From contig CAWFWF010000004.1 in the NCBI GenBank assembly GCA_963819455.1, forward strand, positions 273,839-337,838: DNA of 64,000 bases. The letters run 5' to 3'. Positions 35,130 to 44,497 of the stretch are shown here, one piece after another. Numbering within the stretch: position 1 is the first letter of the stretch; every line of letters starts with the position of its first letter. The position numbers were made by a program, and so were the translations under genes. The notes below the pieces were generated by a model that was given only the letters and a program-made list of their open reading frames with translations, was not told where the DNA came from and did no database searches. This DNA comes from an uncultured Acidobacteriota bacterium (lineage in GTDB: Bacteria; Acidobacteriota; Terriglobia; Terriglobales; Acidobacteriaceae).

Positions 35130-38100
35130 TTACGGAACGCTTAGCGTGACGGCCGCGCTCTTGGTGTCCGTGCCCGATGTGGCCGTGACCGTGATCGTGT
35201 AGACGCCTGGAGGCGTTCCGCCAGTCAGGGCCGGAGTGGTGCTCTTGCTGCAAGCTGGCAGCAACAGCAGCAACATGAACATCAGGCACAGCGAAGTGAT
35301 GCCAAGGATGCGGCGCCGGCGGCGTTTACTTCCAGTTCCTGCGCCCAGCACCAGCAATCCCGGAACAGCAAGCCACATTCCCAGGAAGTGCCGCGAGAAC
35401 AGCAGGAACGAAGGCAAGATCACGGGTCGCGCCGTCGTCGTGATGTTCAAGGTTGAAGTTGCTCCGCTTGCATTCGCCAACGTCACCGGACTGGTCGTGA
35501 AGTTACACGAGGAGTTTGCTGGTTGTCCCGAGCAAGAGAGCGAGATACCGCCCTTGTAAGCCGGATGCGGCACCAACTGAACCTGATACACCGCCGTGTC
35601 TCCCGCTTTGACGAGCGAATAATTTGCAGGTCCCACCGACATCGAATAGTCAGACATCGTTGCGGGCACAGAGGTCTGTGCGAACACGATGTTGCCCGGA
35701 CCAATCGCCTGCACGGTGCCGCCGTTGAAGGAAGACTGGCTGCCACTGCTGGTGCCGTTCGGCGTCACCACGATGACGATCGACGCTGTGGAACCCGATT
35801 GCAGAGACGGAAGGCTGCAACTCACCACCGCATTTGTGGAGACGCCTCCGCAGGTTCCGGCGCTGGTCGTGGCCGAAACAAAACTAAGCGGAACGCCCGT
35901 CACCGACGAACTCAGATTGTCAGTGACGGAGATATTATTCGCCAGATCCGGTCCGTTGTTGGTCACGGTGTAGGTGAATGTAGCCGGGTTGCCAGCGCTG
36001 ATGAACGTTTCGTCCGTACCCAGCGTCAGGACGCCGCTGATCGAAAGACTGACGGCCGTTCCTAACTGCGTAACGAAAGAATCATAGCCACCGCTGTTCG
36101 TTCGTACCGACCGCCAGGGGCTTGGCCACTTGCAGATCGGTCGAGTTGGTGTCGCCGGCAATGTACGTATCCTGGTTAACATCCAGAGCGATGGCAGTGC
36201 CCGAATCGGTGCCGCTGCCGCCAAAATAGTTCGCCCACGAAGCGGTAGTCGTCTGACCCACAACGGCCGCGGCATTCAAGCGCGCCACGAATGCATCCTG
36301 CGGTCCGTTCAAAGTGCTCTGAATGGAATTGGGATTCGGCTGCACCGGGAAGTCCGTGGATTGCGTCCATCCAGTCACCAGCGCGCCGCTGGCGGAATCC
36401 ACCGTGATCGCATTGCCCTGCTCGTTCGCACTGCCGCCGAGGTACGAGAAGTAGTTCAGCGCCACGTTCGTCGCAGTGCCGGTAGTACGCGTCGGATTTG
36501 TCAACCGCGCGACAAAGGCGTCGGTTGGGGGAGGCGTAGTACTTGGTGTTGGACACGTCACTCCCGTCGCCGTTGTCGGCGAATCGAGGCAGCGCTGGTA
36601 CGAGGCCGAAGTGCTGAGAGTCGTGATGCTGGTCGCGATATCCGTGGAGTTAGTCGTTCCGACGATATAGACATTCGCCGCTCCCGTATCGATGGCAACG
36701 CCGGTACTCGAGTCCGTGCCGGTGCCTCCCACGTACGTCGACCACTGCAACTGCTGGCCTTGGGCAACGTTCGGGTTCAGCTTCGCCACGAATCCATCTG
36801 ACTCAGTGTTCGTAGTCGAGGTGCAAGCCGGTGGATTCACAATGACCGACGGCGGAGCCTGATCGAGGCAAGGCTGGTAGGCGTCGAGGATCGGAAAGTC
36901 CGAGGTGCTGCAACCCGAGCAGCCCGTGTAAATAAAATTCGTGGTTCCCGAGAAGTAGATATTTCCGCTCGTGTCCACCGCGATGCCACCGCCAACCGCA
37001 ACTGCCGGCGTCGTAGCCGCGTCTTGCCCGCCGAAGTAGGTAGAGTACGAAATGCTGCTGGAAAGCGCCGCCTGCGTGTTGATCTCGGTTACGAAAAACT
37101 GGATCGAGGCTCGCGAGTTGGTTTGAAACGGCAACGCCTGCGGGAGAGTGCTCGCCGGAAACTGATCGGAGGTGCTAGCCACATCGTTCGACGTGGTGGT
37201 GCCGGTCACAAACACATGGCCTGCGGCGTCAATCGTCATTCCGCTCGCGACATCTGTGCCGTTGCCCGACAAGTATGTGGAGTAGACGAGCGCCGAAGCT
37301 GCCGTCGGCGTCGGACCGCTATTCAATTCGGTGACAAAAACGTGAGTCGTGCCTGCGCTCCCAGCCTCTGGAACTTTCTGGTAGGCCGTGGTCGCCGTTG
37401 TCGGAAAGTTTGCCGACGAAGTCGTTCCAGCGATGAATGCCGCGCCCGCGCCGTCTACCTTGATCCCGGCTGGAGTGTCGGTACCGCTTCCGCCAAGATA
37501 CGTCACATAATCCAACACCGCGACGATCGATCCCAGCGGCGGCGTAATCTTCGCGACATAGACGTTCTCTGGCCCATTCAGTCCGGTTTGAAACACCGTC
37601 CCACCCGCGGGAGGAAGATCCGGTGAGGTCGTCGAGCCTGTCAGGTAAACATTGAAGCTTCCGTCAACTGCTACGAAGGTAGAGTGCTCGTCCCCGCTGC
37701 CACCGAAGTACGTCGAGAAATTCAGGATCGGATCGATGACCAGTTCACGAGAACGGTCATAAGCTCCAACTTCGAAGCCCGCTCGATTCCTGCCGCGAAG
37801 CACGAACTTTCCGGCTACCGGCTTCTTCACTCCACCGATCTCTTGATAAACCACGGGAGCTTCCAACCGAACCGTCTCGCCGTCATTCTTAATGACGAGC
37901 GCGCCCTTTTCCAAGGCGAGCCCTTTTGCGCCGTTGAACTCCAATTCTGCCTGCGACGGGTCCGCTCCCGGGGCGACCTGGAAGTCGTACTCAAGATGTC
38001 CCTGATTTCCGTAAAAAACTAGATCGATTCCGGGATAAACGCTCTGATACTTCACCCGCGCGTACTGCGGCACATTGTTATGCCACTTCGCCGGATCGTT

Positions 38101-38745
38101 TCCCAAAATGTAGTTGCTTTTGCCGGGCAGCGGATTGGCTCCGCTCAGGACGGCATCGTGCGCCGCGCCTGCCAACTTCATCTGCAGCGAATCAACCCGG
38201 GCAGCATGAGCGCTCCCAGACTTCGCCTTGGAACGGTCGTGCGAAACCACGCTCAGAATTGCTCCATCCGATCCTAAAAAGAGGCTGTAACCGGAACCAC
38301 GGGCAATGAACTTGGCGCGCGAATCGGCTGGATCGAGGCTGCCTTGTCCCTGGTTCGGTTCGAAAATCAGCGGTAGCCCGGCCAACAAGGAATGAGCTTG
38401 GCGCTGCGTTTCGCCGGTGGTAAGGTTCGACGTTTTATCGGAAGGCAGAACGGCCGCGACCCCAACCGGGGCAGCGTTGGAAGATGCAATCTGAACTGGA
38501 GCGGCTGCCGCGTTGGCAACCATATGGCGTGAGCGGGAACCCCACCCGAGAACTGCGCATCCTGCCGCCAACAATACAAGCCCGGCGGTCAGAGCACGAC
38601 CCCGTACCACGGATGTTTCCCACCAACTGCGATCTACGTTCACGCGGCTCCTCCGATGAGTCAGATCAGTATCCTTCCAGTTTCCGACAGTCCGTTCAGT
38701 CTTTTGAGATGAGAGACGGCGCAAGTGGGCCGCACCCCGGCTCAT
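35130..38745 (-). pseudogene. giant secreted SBBP beta-propeller-repeat / DUF11 surface protein, split by one frameshift at 36096-36105
   Basis: The 887-aa ORF has many units of the form YSTY(L/F)GGSG.D...GIA(V/I)D..GN.Y..G.T.S.DFP. The 381-aa ORF continues ..NSGGYDSFVTQLG and carries DUF11-like modules (FTYTVTNNGPDLANNISVTD). Confidence 0.8.
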
Positions 38746-38882
38746 TTCGAGGCGAACCCCGCCCGCAGCTTGCTGATCGCTTGGAACTGGCTGAAAAATA
38801 AATAACTACTTAAACATCTGATGGATAGGCAAGTCAAGCCGACCTCGCCGCGGGTAGTGTGCAGTCTGTCGTTTACAACTCT

Positions 38883-38926
38883 TTGTCATCCTGAGCGTAG
38901 CCGTCTTTCAGGCGTAGCGAAGGATC
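38883..38926. repeat. short member of the TTGTCATCCTGAG...GAAGGATC repeat family
   Basis: TTGTCATCCTGAGCGTAGCCGTCTTTCAGGCGTAGCGAAGGATC. Confidence 0.55.
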
Positions 38927-39159
38927 TCCAGCTCAACCGGCCAAGTGCGTAAGCCAATCTGCACTACTGACCGCTGCACACCCTCTCCAAGAATCGTCAG
39001 ATGCGTGGGTGCATGTTGAAAGATGCCGCTTCCGGGTCACATCGCGCAAAAAAATGACGAATCTATGCAGCCGGATTTCCCGAATATGCTTTCTTTCCGC
39101 TTAGCTATTTCGAAAACCCTGAATTCATTGGCTTAACCTGTAACGCTGCCACCTGGGAG

Positions 39160-39175
39160 TGGCATCGCGATTGCA
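39160..39175 (+). promoter_or_regulatory. candidate sigma-54 (-24/-12) promoter
   Basis: TGGCAT-CGCGA-TTGCA versus the consensus TGGCAC-N5-TTGCA, with correct GG/GC spacing. It lies 220 nt upstream of the PilZ ATG at 39395. Confidence 0.55.
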
Positions 39176-39394
39176 CTTCCGTTGCCAGGCGACCCCCTTC
39201 TTTTTTGCCATCGCTGTGTCCAGATCGAATCTGGCCCGGATGGAAAAGATTGACAGAGTTAGCTCCCGGCGTAGCATTTTGCTGTTGCAAACGGCGGATG
39301 TTTCTTTAAATTGGGGAAGTACGATCGCTCCAGGCTTTGCCGGTTCGACTACCCCATATGTTGGCTTTTCTGTGGCTCGAAGGCTCCAGGGATC

Positions 39395-39772
39395 ATGCAG
39401 CAAAGTTCACAGGAACGGCGGATGATGCGGCGCTTCGATATGCGCCTGCCTGCCATCGTCCGAGTTGACGGCGCCAGTGAGATCCACACCGAAACGCAGA
39501 ATGTCAGTGCCCGCGGCGTCTTCTTTTACCTGAACCACCCAGTTTCTTCTGGCACGAAACTCGAAGTCACCTTAACCTTCCCACCGCACATCACCCTGAC
39601 CGACGCGGTTCGTGTGCGCTTTGTCGCGCGTGTAATCCGGGTCGAACATCCCATGCCTTCGGCGCGCGTTGGAACGGCCGCTATGATCGAAGACTACGAG
39701 TTTCTACGTTCCGCAGGTGGGACCACCGATTTCTTATCCGCACTGCAGTCGGGGCTTCCAGCGTCTCACTGA
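39395..39772 (+). CDS. PilZ-domain protein
   Basis: MQQSSQERRMMRRFDMRLP (RxxxR) and NVSARGVFF (D/NxSxxG). The ATG at 39395 was chosen within the longer ORF. Confidence 0.7.
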   Translation: MQQSSQERRMMRRFDMRLPAIVRVDGASEIHTETQNVSARGVFFYLNHPVSSGTKLEVTLTFPPHITLTDAVRVRFVARVIRVEHPMPSARVGTAAMIEDYEFLRSAGGTTDFLSALQSGLPASH

Positions 39773-39901
39773 GTCACCGGTCTTTATCCACCTTCCACTT
39801 CCCGCCTTCCGAATGCTCTACATTGTCTCTTCAGCCGCCGCAGACGGTATCCGCGAAGCAAACTTAACGGCGGATCGTCTCTGATAAAGTAGGGCCTCTC
39901 G

Positions 39902-40627
39902 ATGAAATTGTCTGTCGTGATGCCCGTCTACAACGAACAGGCGACCTTGCGCCGCGTCGTCGAGCGCGTCCTGTCGGTTTCTGTCGAGGTGGAACTGCTT
40001 TGCGTCGACGACGGCTCCAGCGACCGCTCCCGCGAAATCCTGGCAGATTTGCAAAACAAGTGGCCGCAGATTCGCGTCTTCCTGCAGCCGCGCAACATGG
40101 GCAAGGGAGCGGCACTCCACCGCGGCATCCAGGAAGCTACAGGCGACTACGTCATTATTCAAGACGCCGACCTCGAATACGATCCCAACGACTATCCAAG
40201 GCTCCTCGAACCGTTAGAGAAAGGCCATGCGGATGTCGTATACGGCTCCCGATTCCTGGGCAGCGGCCCCCATCGCGTCCTTTATTTCTGGCACTCCGTC
40301 GGCAACTGGATTCTGACGCTTCTCTCCAACATGGTTACGAATCTCAACATGACCGACATGGAGACTTGCTACAAGGTGTTCCGCCGCGAGCTTATCCAGT
40401 CCATCCCGCTGGAAGAAAAACGCTTCGGCTTTGAGCCCGAAGTGACGGTCAAGATAGCCCGCCGCCAGCTTCGCGTCTATGAGGTCGGAATCAGCTACTG
40501 GGGTCGGACCTATGCGGAAGGAAAAAAGATCGGCTGGAAAGATGGCTTTCGCGCTCTCTGGTGCCTGATCAAGTATGGGTGGAAGGAACCGCGGCTTCCG
40601 GAGCCGCCGGCGCACGAGGAAGAATAG
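39902..40627 (+). CDS. family-2 glycosyltransferase (Dpm1/GtrB-like, soluble)
   Basis: [34 protein letters not shown]. Confidence 0.85.
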   Translation: MKLSVVMPVYNEQATLRRVVERVLSVSVEVELLCVDDGSSDRSREILADLQNKWPQIRVFLQPRNMGKGAALHRGIQEATGDYVIIQDADLEYDPNDYPRLLEPLEKGHADVVYGSRFLGSGPHRVLYFWHSVGNWILTLLSNMVTNLNMTDMETCYKVFRRELIQSIPLEEKRFGFEPEVTVKIARRQLRVYEVGISYWGRTYAEGKKIGWKDGFRALWCLIKYGWKEPRLPEPPAHEEE

Positions 40628-40754
40628 TCTTTCGCAATCCCTTCAGCGTTGGGTGAGCTTCGCGATACGGTTGATAAGTTTCCTCATCCGGCGGTGCTGT
40701 TGTCCCGCGGGCGGAAAGCTCTGTCGTAGGTTGGTTGTCATTCGAATAATCGGT

Positions 40755-40931
40755 TTTGTCATCCTAAGGAGGGCGCCAGCCCTCCGAGGGACCCTACGAT
40801 GCGCCGAAAGCACCCGTGCAGTCGCGAAGATCTTCTCACTGCATCCACCAGGGCGATCCTATCCTCGTCACCGGAGGCGCCCCGCTGTCGTACGGTCCCT
40901 CCCACCGGCTTCGCCGCCGCTCAGGATGACA
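40755..40931. repeat. MITE-like palindromic element with TTGTCATCC / GGATGACAA termini
   Basis: The left arm is TTGTCATCCTAAGGAGGGCGCCAGCCCTCCGAGGGACCCTACGAT... The right arm ...TCGTACGGTCCCTCCCACC...GCTCAGGATGACAA is its inverted complement. It contains an internal GGAGGGC/GCCCTCC hairpin. Confidence 0.65.
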
Positions 40932-41002
40932 ATCATTTATGACACTAATTGATAGGGTTAAACCAATTAGTGATGATGTTGATTAAGTGGTTGATTAGAG
41001 AA

Positions 41003-41079
41003 TGTCATCCTGAAGGAGGGCGACAGCCCTCCCAGGGACCCTACGATACTTAAAAAAGCACCGCTGCGGTCGCGAAGAT
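41003..41079. repeat. half copy (left arm only) of the same element
   Basis: TGTCATCCTGAAGGAGGGCGACAGCCCTCCCAGGGACCCTACGATACTTAAAAAAGCACCGCTGCGGTCGCGAAGAT is nearly identical to 40757-40831. Confidence 0.65.
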
Positions 41080-41134
41080 TATGTCGGCCGCGTCCGCTAA
41101 GAACAATCCCAATCGGCCAATCTGGGTAGAAAGC

Positions 41135-41293
41135 TTATTTCCCCTTCGCGCTCTCGTTCTTCAGTTCCGCCGATTCCCGGCGCACGCGCGCCGAGCGAGT
41201 CAGCAGCGTCCCGATATAGAAGCAGTGGATGACCCACACGGTGATGTACGCGACGTATTGGCCATAATGAAAAAGAAAAGTCTGCGTATTCAT
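41135..41293 (-). CDS. ccmD: heme exporter protein D (CcmD-like small membrane protein)
   Basis: 52 aa with a single TM helix (YGQYVAYITVWVIHCFYIGTLL) and a basic tail. Its ATG overlaps the ccmC TGA (ATGA). Confidence 0.55.
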   Translation of the reverse strand: MNTQTFLFHYGQYVAYITVWVIHCFYIGTLLTRSARVRRESAELKNESAKGK

Positions 41294-42198
41294 TGCGGCC
41301 TCCTGCCGAGTGGAAGACTGACAGATCGAGCAGTCGTGCCCGCTCCGGCCAGCGAATCCATTGCGTGAGCATCTTCCAGCGCGCGGCGGCGCAGTTCCAA
41401 TTGGAAGCGCTGCCAGCAGATCAGCCAGGTAAAGCACAGAAACGCCAGCCAGCTGATCAGTAGCGTATGCAGCATGCGCGGATCCATCGATCCTCCGCCG
41501 CCGATCACCGGCTGCGGATGCTGCGTGCGGAAGAACCAGATCGATAAGTAAACCAGCGGCACGTCGAGCGCTCCAAAAACCGCAAGGGCCGCCGCCATGA
41601 TCTGGGTTTGCGCGCTGTTAGAAAAATTCCGCAGCACCAGATAGCTCATATAGATCAGCCACAGCACCAGCGTCGAGGTAAGCCGGATGTCCCCCGGCGC
41701 CCACCATATGCCCCAGACTGGACGCGCCCAGATCGGCCCCGTGACCAGCACGATGGTACAAAACACCAGGCCAACTTCCGCAGTCGTCAGAGCCAGCACA
41801 TCCATCTTCTCGCCCGGAAACAGCCAGCCAATCAGGAAATAAAACGCTGGGATCGCCAGCACCGTGGTCGCGACCGCGCTAGGCTCCATGCCCGGAGGAA
41901 TCTGATGCTTAATCGCTGGAATATAGGTCGCAATGACGCCGCCAATTCCGACCGCAATCACGATCCATTTCGTCACGGACCGTGCTCCCGGCTTGTTCAT
42001 CACCAGGTATTGGATCGACGCGATGAAGTTGATGAAGAACAGCAGGAAGGCCGTCCACGCCGAAGGCACGTGGTAGTAAATGATGCGGTAAACATTTCCC
42101 TGCTGCGCATCGGCGGGTGCAATCAGCAGCGCCTGATACGTAGCATAGGCCAGGAAGGCCGCCGTCAACACCGCGAGGATGGGAAAGACTCGCTTCAT
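41290..42198 (-). CDS. ccmC: heme exporter protein CcmC
   Basis: Trp-rich motif WARPVWGIWWAPGDIRLTS (WGxxWxWD-like). Conserved His residues in YYHVP and ..TQHP. Confidence 0.85.
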   Translation of the reverse strand: MKRVFPILAVLTAAFLAYATYQALLIAPADAQQGNVYRIIYYHVPSAWTAFLLFFINFIASIQYLVMNKPGARSVTKWIVIAVGIGGVIATYIPAIKHQIPPGMEPSAVATTVLAIPAFYFLIGWLFPGEKMDVLALTTAEVGLVFCTIVLVTGPIWARPVWGIWWAPGDIRLTSTLVLWLIYMSYLVLRNFSNSAQTQIMAAALAVFGALDVPLVYLSIWFFRTQHPQPVIGGGGSMDPRMLHTLLISWLAFLCFTWLICWQRFQLELRRRALEDAHAMDSLAGAGTTARSVSLPLGRRPQ

Positions 42199-42873
42199 TC
42201 TGCGTGCAGGATTGTTTCAAACAGCGCCAGACAAGCCGTAGTAAATACTACATCGTAGGTAAGAAGCAACACGATGTAAAAGCGGGCGGACTCTTCTCCG
42301 GTAAGTATCGAAGTGGTTGCCGCCACCATTGCGATCACCGCGGGAATTGAAATCGGAAACAACAACAGCGGCAGCATGATCTCGCGGCTGCGCGTGCGCA
42401 CCGACATCGCCGCGAAAAACGTCCCATTCACTACCAGCGCCCACGTTCCCAGAAGCGCGACCGGAATCAATTGCCACGCCGGACCCATCACGTGCAGGTT
42501 GTAGAAGATCACAAATAACGGAACCATTAACGCTTCGAGCACGCTGACGAAAATAAAGTTCCCCAGCGCCTTAGCGATGAACAATGCATGTCGCCGGAGC
42601 GGGCGAGACTCGGTACGCGTCGAGCACCTGATTGCGCAACTCCCGCGCCCATGTCTGATTCAGCGCCACAACGGCGGCAAAAAGAAATGCGATCCAAACC
42701 AGGCCGCCGATGATGTGCCGCGATTCTTCAGCCAGCGGATCGAACGAAAACGCGAAAATCACCACCACCAGCAGCGAGAAAAACAGCATCGAGTTCAGGG
42801 CGTCTTTCGAACGCCACTCGAGGCGGATGTCCTTCACCAGCGTCGCCAGCGTCACCCCGCGCAGCGAACTCAT
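42195..42873 (-). pseudogene. ccmB: heme exporter permease CcmB, one frameshift near 42588-42600
   Basis: MSSLRGVTLATLVKDIRLEWRSKDALNSMLFF..AYRVSPAP is in one frame (stop at 42571). ..RHALFIAKALGNFIFVSVLEALMVPLF..ETILHAE follows in the next frame. Confidence 0.75.
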
Positions 42874-43549
42874 TGCACGCCCCCGCGGCGCGCCGGGTCG
42901 ATTCCGGACGTACGGTCGACGATCAATCCCGCGTCCATCCACACAAATTCGTCGGCCACGCCGTCGAGCAGCGATGCCTGATGGGTGACCACGAAAATCG
43001 TCTTGCCCGTATCGCGCATGCCCTTCAGCAGCCCAACCATGGCGCGCGCCGACTGGACATCAACATTAGAAAATGGTTCGTCGAGAAACAGAACCTTAGG
43101 ATCGTGCAGGATCGCCCGCGCCAGCGACATCCTCTGCCGCATGCCCTGCGAATACTGGCCCGACTCCCCGCGACAGCTTGGGATCGAGCCCCACCGCGCG
43201 AATCGATTCTTCGCAGCGAGCGTCGCCTCGATTCCATAGAGCTGCGCGAAGTACCGCAGGTTCTCCATCCCGCTCATCTCGTCATAGAGCAGCGAGGGAT
43301 GCGCCATGTATCCCAGTCGCGGCACGCCGCCTTCGGATCTCTTCCGAAGATGGAGACCGTCCCTTGCGTCGGAAGCGCCAGCCCGGCCAGCGCGCGCAAC
43401 AGAGTCGTCTTCCCCGCCCCGTTGTCTCCAAGGATCGCGTGGAAGCGACCGGCATCGAACTCCGCCGTCACACCGCGCAGCGCGGCGAAACGTCCAAACT
43501 GCTTAATGACGTTGTTAACGGTGATGATGGAAGTCGTAGCGTCGCTCAC
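42870..43549 (-). pseudogene. ccmA: heme exporter ATPase CcmA, frameshift near 43320-43330 plus an internal compensated pair
   Basis: The Walker A part MSD..ILGDNGAGKTTLLRALAGL..SIFGRDPKAA is in one frame. PRLGYMAHPSLLYDEMSGMENLRYF..QYSQGMRQRMSLARAIL..LFLDEP is in another. Confidence 0.75.
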
Positions 43550-43700
43550 AGGCTAAGACGAGGAGTTTACCGGACAGAATCCGGTTTGCAGAGATAACCA
43601 TGTGGGGACAGCCACTGTGTGGGGACAGCGCAGCCGCCGACTGCGGCTGTCCGGTCGAGCGAAGTCTCGACAGTTGCCGGAAGTCTGCAATGAAAGATGG

Positions 43701-44181
43701 CTAGTTTGAGACGGCGGAGGAACCTGCAGGCTGCACTTGCGTCATCGTCTTCACCGGCTGAGTGCCGTCCACCGGAGCGCCCGGCTTCGGCGCATACTTC
43801 GACGCGCACTTGGCCTGCAACTGCTTCGCATGAAAGACGCCATCGTGATCGAACTTCCCATCGGCCAGCGCCTGCGAATCATCCTTGAAAGTATCGGGAG
43901 GCGCTTCGGTGCCGACATAATCCACCGAGAGCGTCTGGTCTTCTTCCATCAGGACGAATTGCACATGCGTGCCCACGCGGTGAATCGGTACCCGGCTTCA
44001 CATTGCCCGCAACGCGCAGCCGTTTGGAATAGGCGTCGTCGCCCATCTTGTGCAGCTCTTTGATGGTGACGTAATAGCTCTTGCTGTCCTGGACGCCGGT
44101 GTAGGCGAGGTAGCCGAGGAGCGCCAGAATCAGCGCAGTGGCTCCCCCGAACTTCAGATAAGTATTGGTTTGACTCGACAT
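43701..44181 (-). pseudogene. ccmE: heme chaperone CcmE, Cys-type (CxxxY) variant, one frameshift near 43986
   Basis: TM anchor plus MSSQTNTYLKFGG..RLRVAGNVKPG in one frame. IHRVGTHVQFVLMEEDQTLSVDYVG..DGVFHAKQLQAKCASKYAPK follows in the next frame. AKCASKY aligns with the canonical AKHDENY. Confidence 0.75.
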
Positions 44182-44497
44182 AGACGTACAACTGCCCCAC
44201 GCATAACGATACGCGGAGGCGGTTGCCAAAGCAAGGTTACTGAACAAGAAGGGTGCTGTCTGAAATTGCCTTTCTCGGCGCCCTCCGCGGCATTTCTTGC
44301 GCCCTCCGCGGTCAAACGATTCCGTTTTCACTAGCAAAGGCCAGAACGGCGTTCGCAAGAAAAGCCAAACACCAAAGAAACTGAATCCTAAGGGGTTCCT
44401 GGTGGAACTTCGTGTCCTTTGTGGTCACGGTTTTCCGGCTCCATCCCTGAGTAAGGGTTTACACTTCTCCCGGCTGAAACAAGCCAGATAAATCTTC

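Noticed and set aside
39159-39425. 88-aa ORF covering the sigma-54 promoter and leader region (and a 61-aa minus-strand ORF at 39105-39290).
   Set aside because: No RBS or start context, atypical composition, and overlap with the promoter. More likely non-coding leader.
40575-40952. 125-aa ORF (..VILRRAPALRGTLRCAESTRAVAKIFSLH..) and the 91-aa ORF at 14237-14512.
   Set aside because: Both are translations of the palindromic TTGTCATCC repeat elements. Such repeat-derived ORFs are annotation artefacts.
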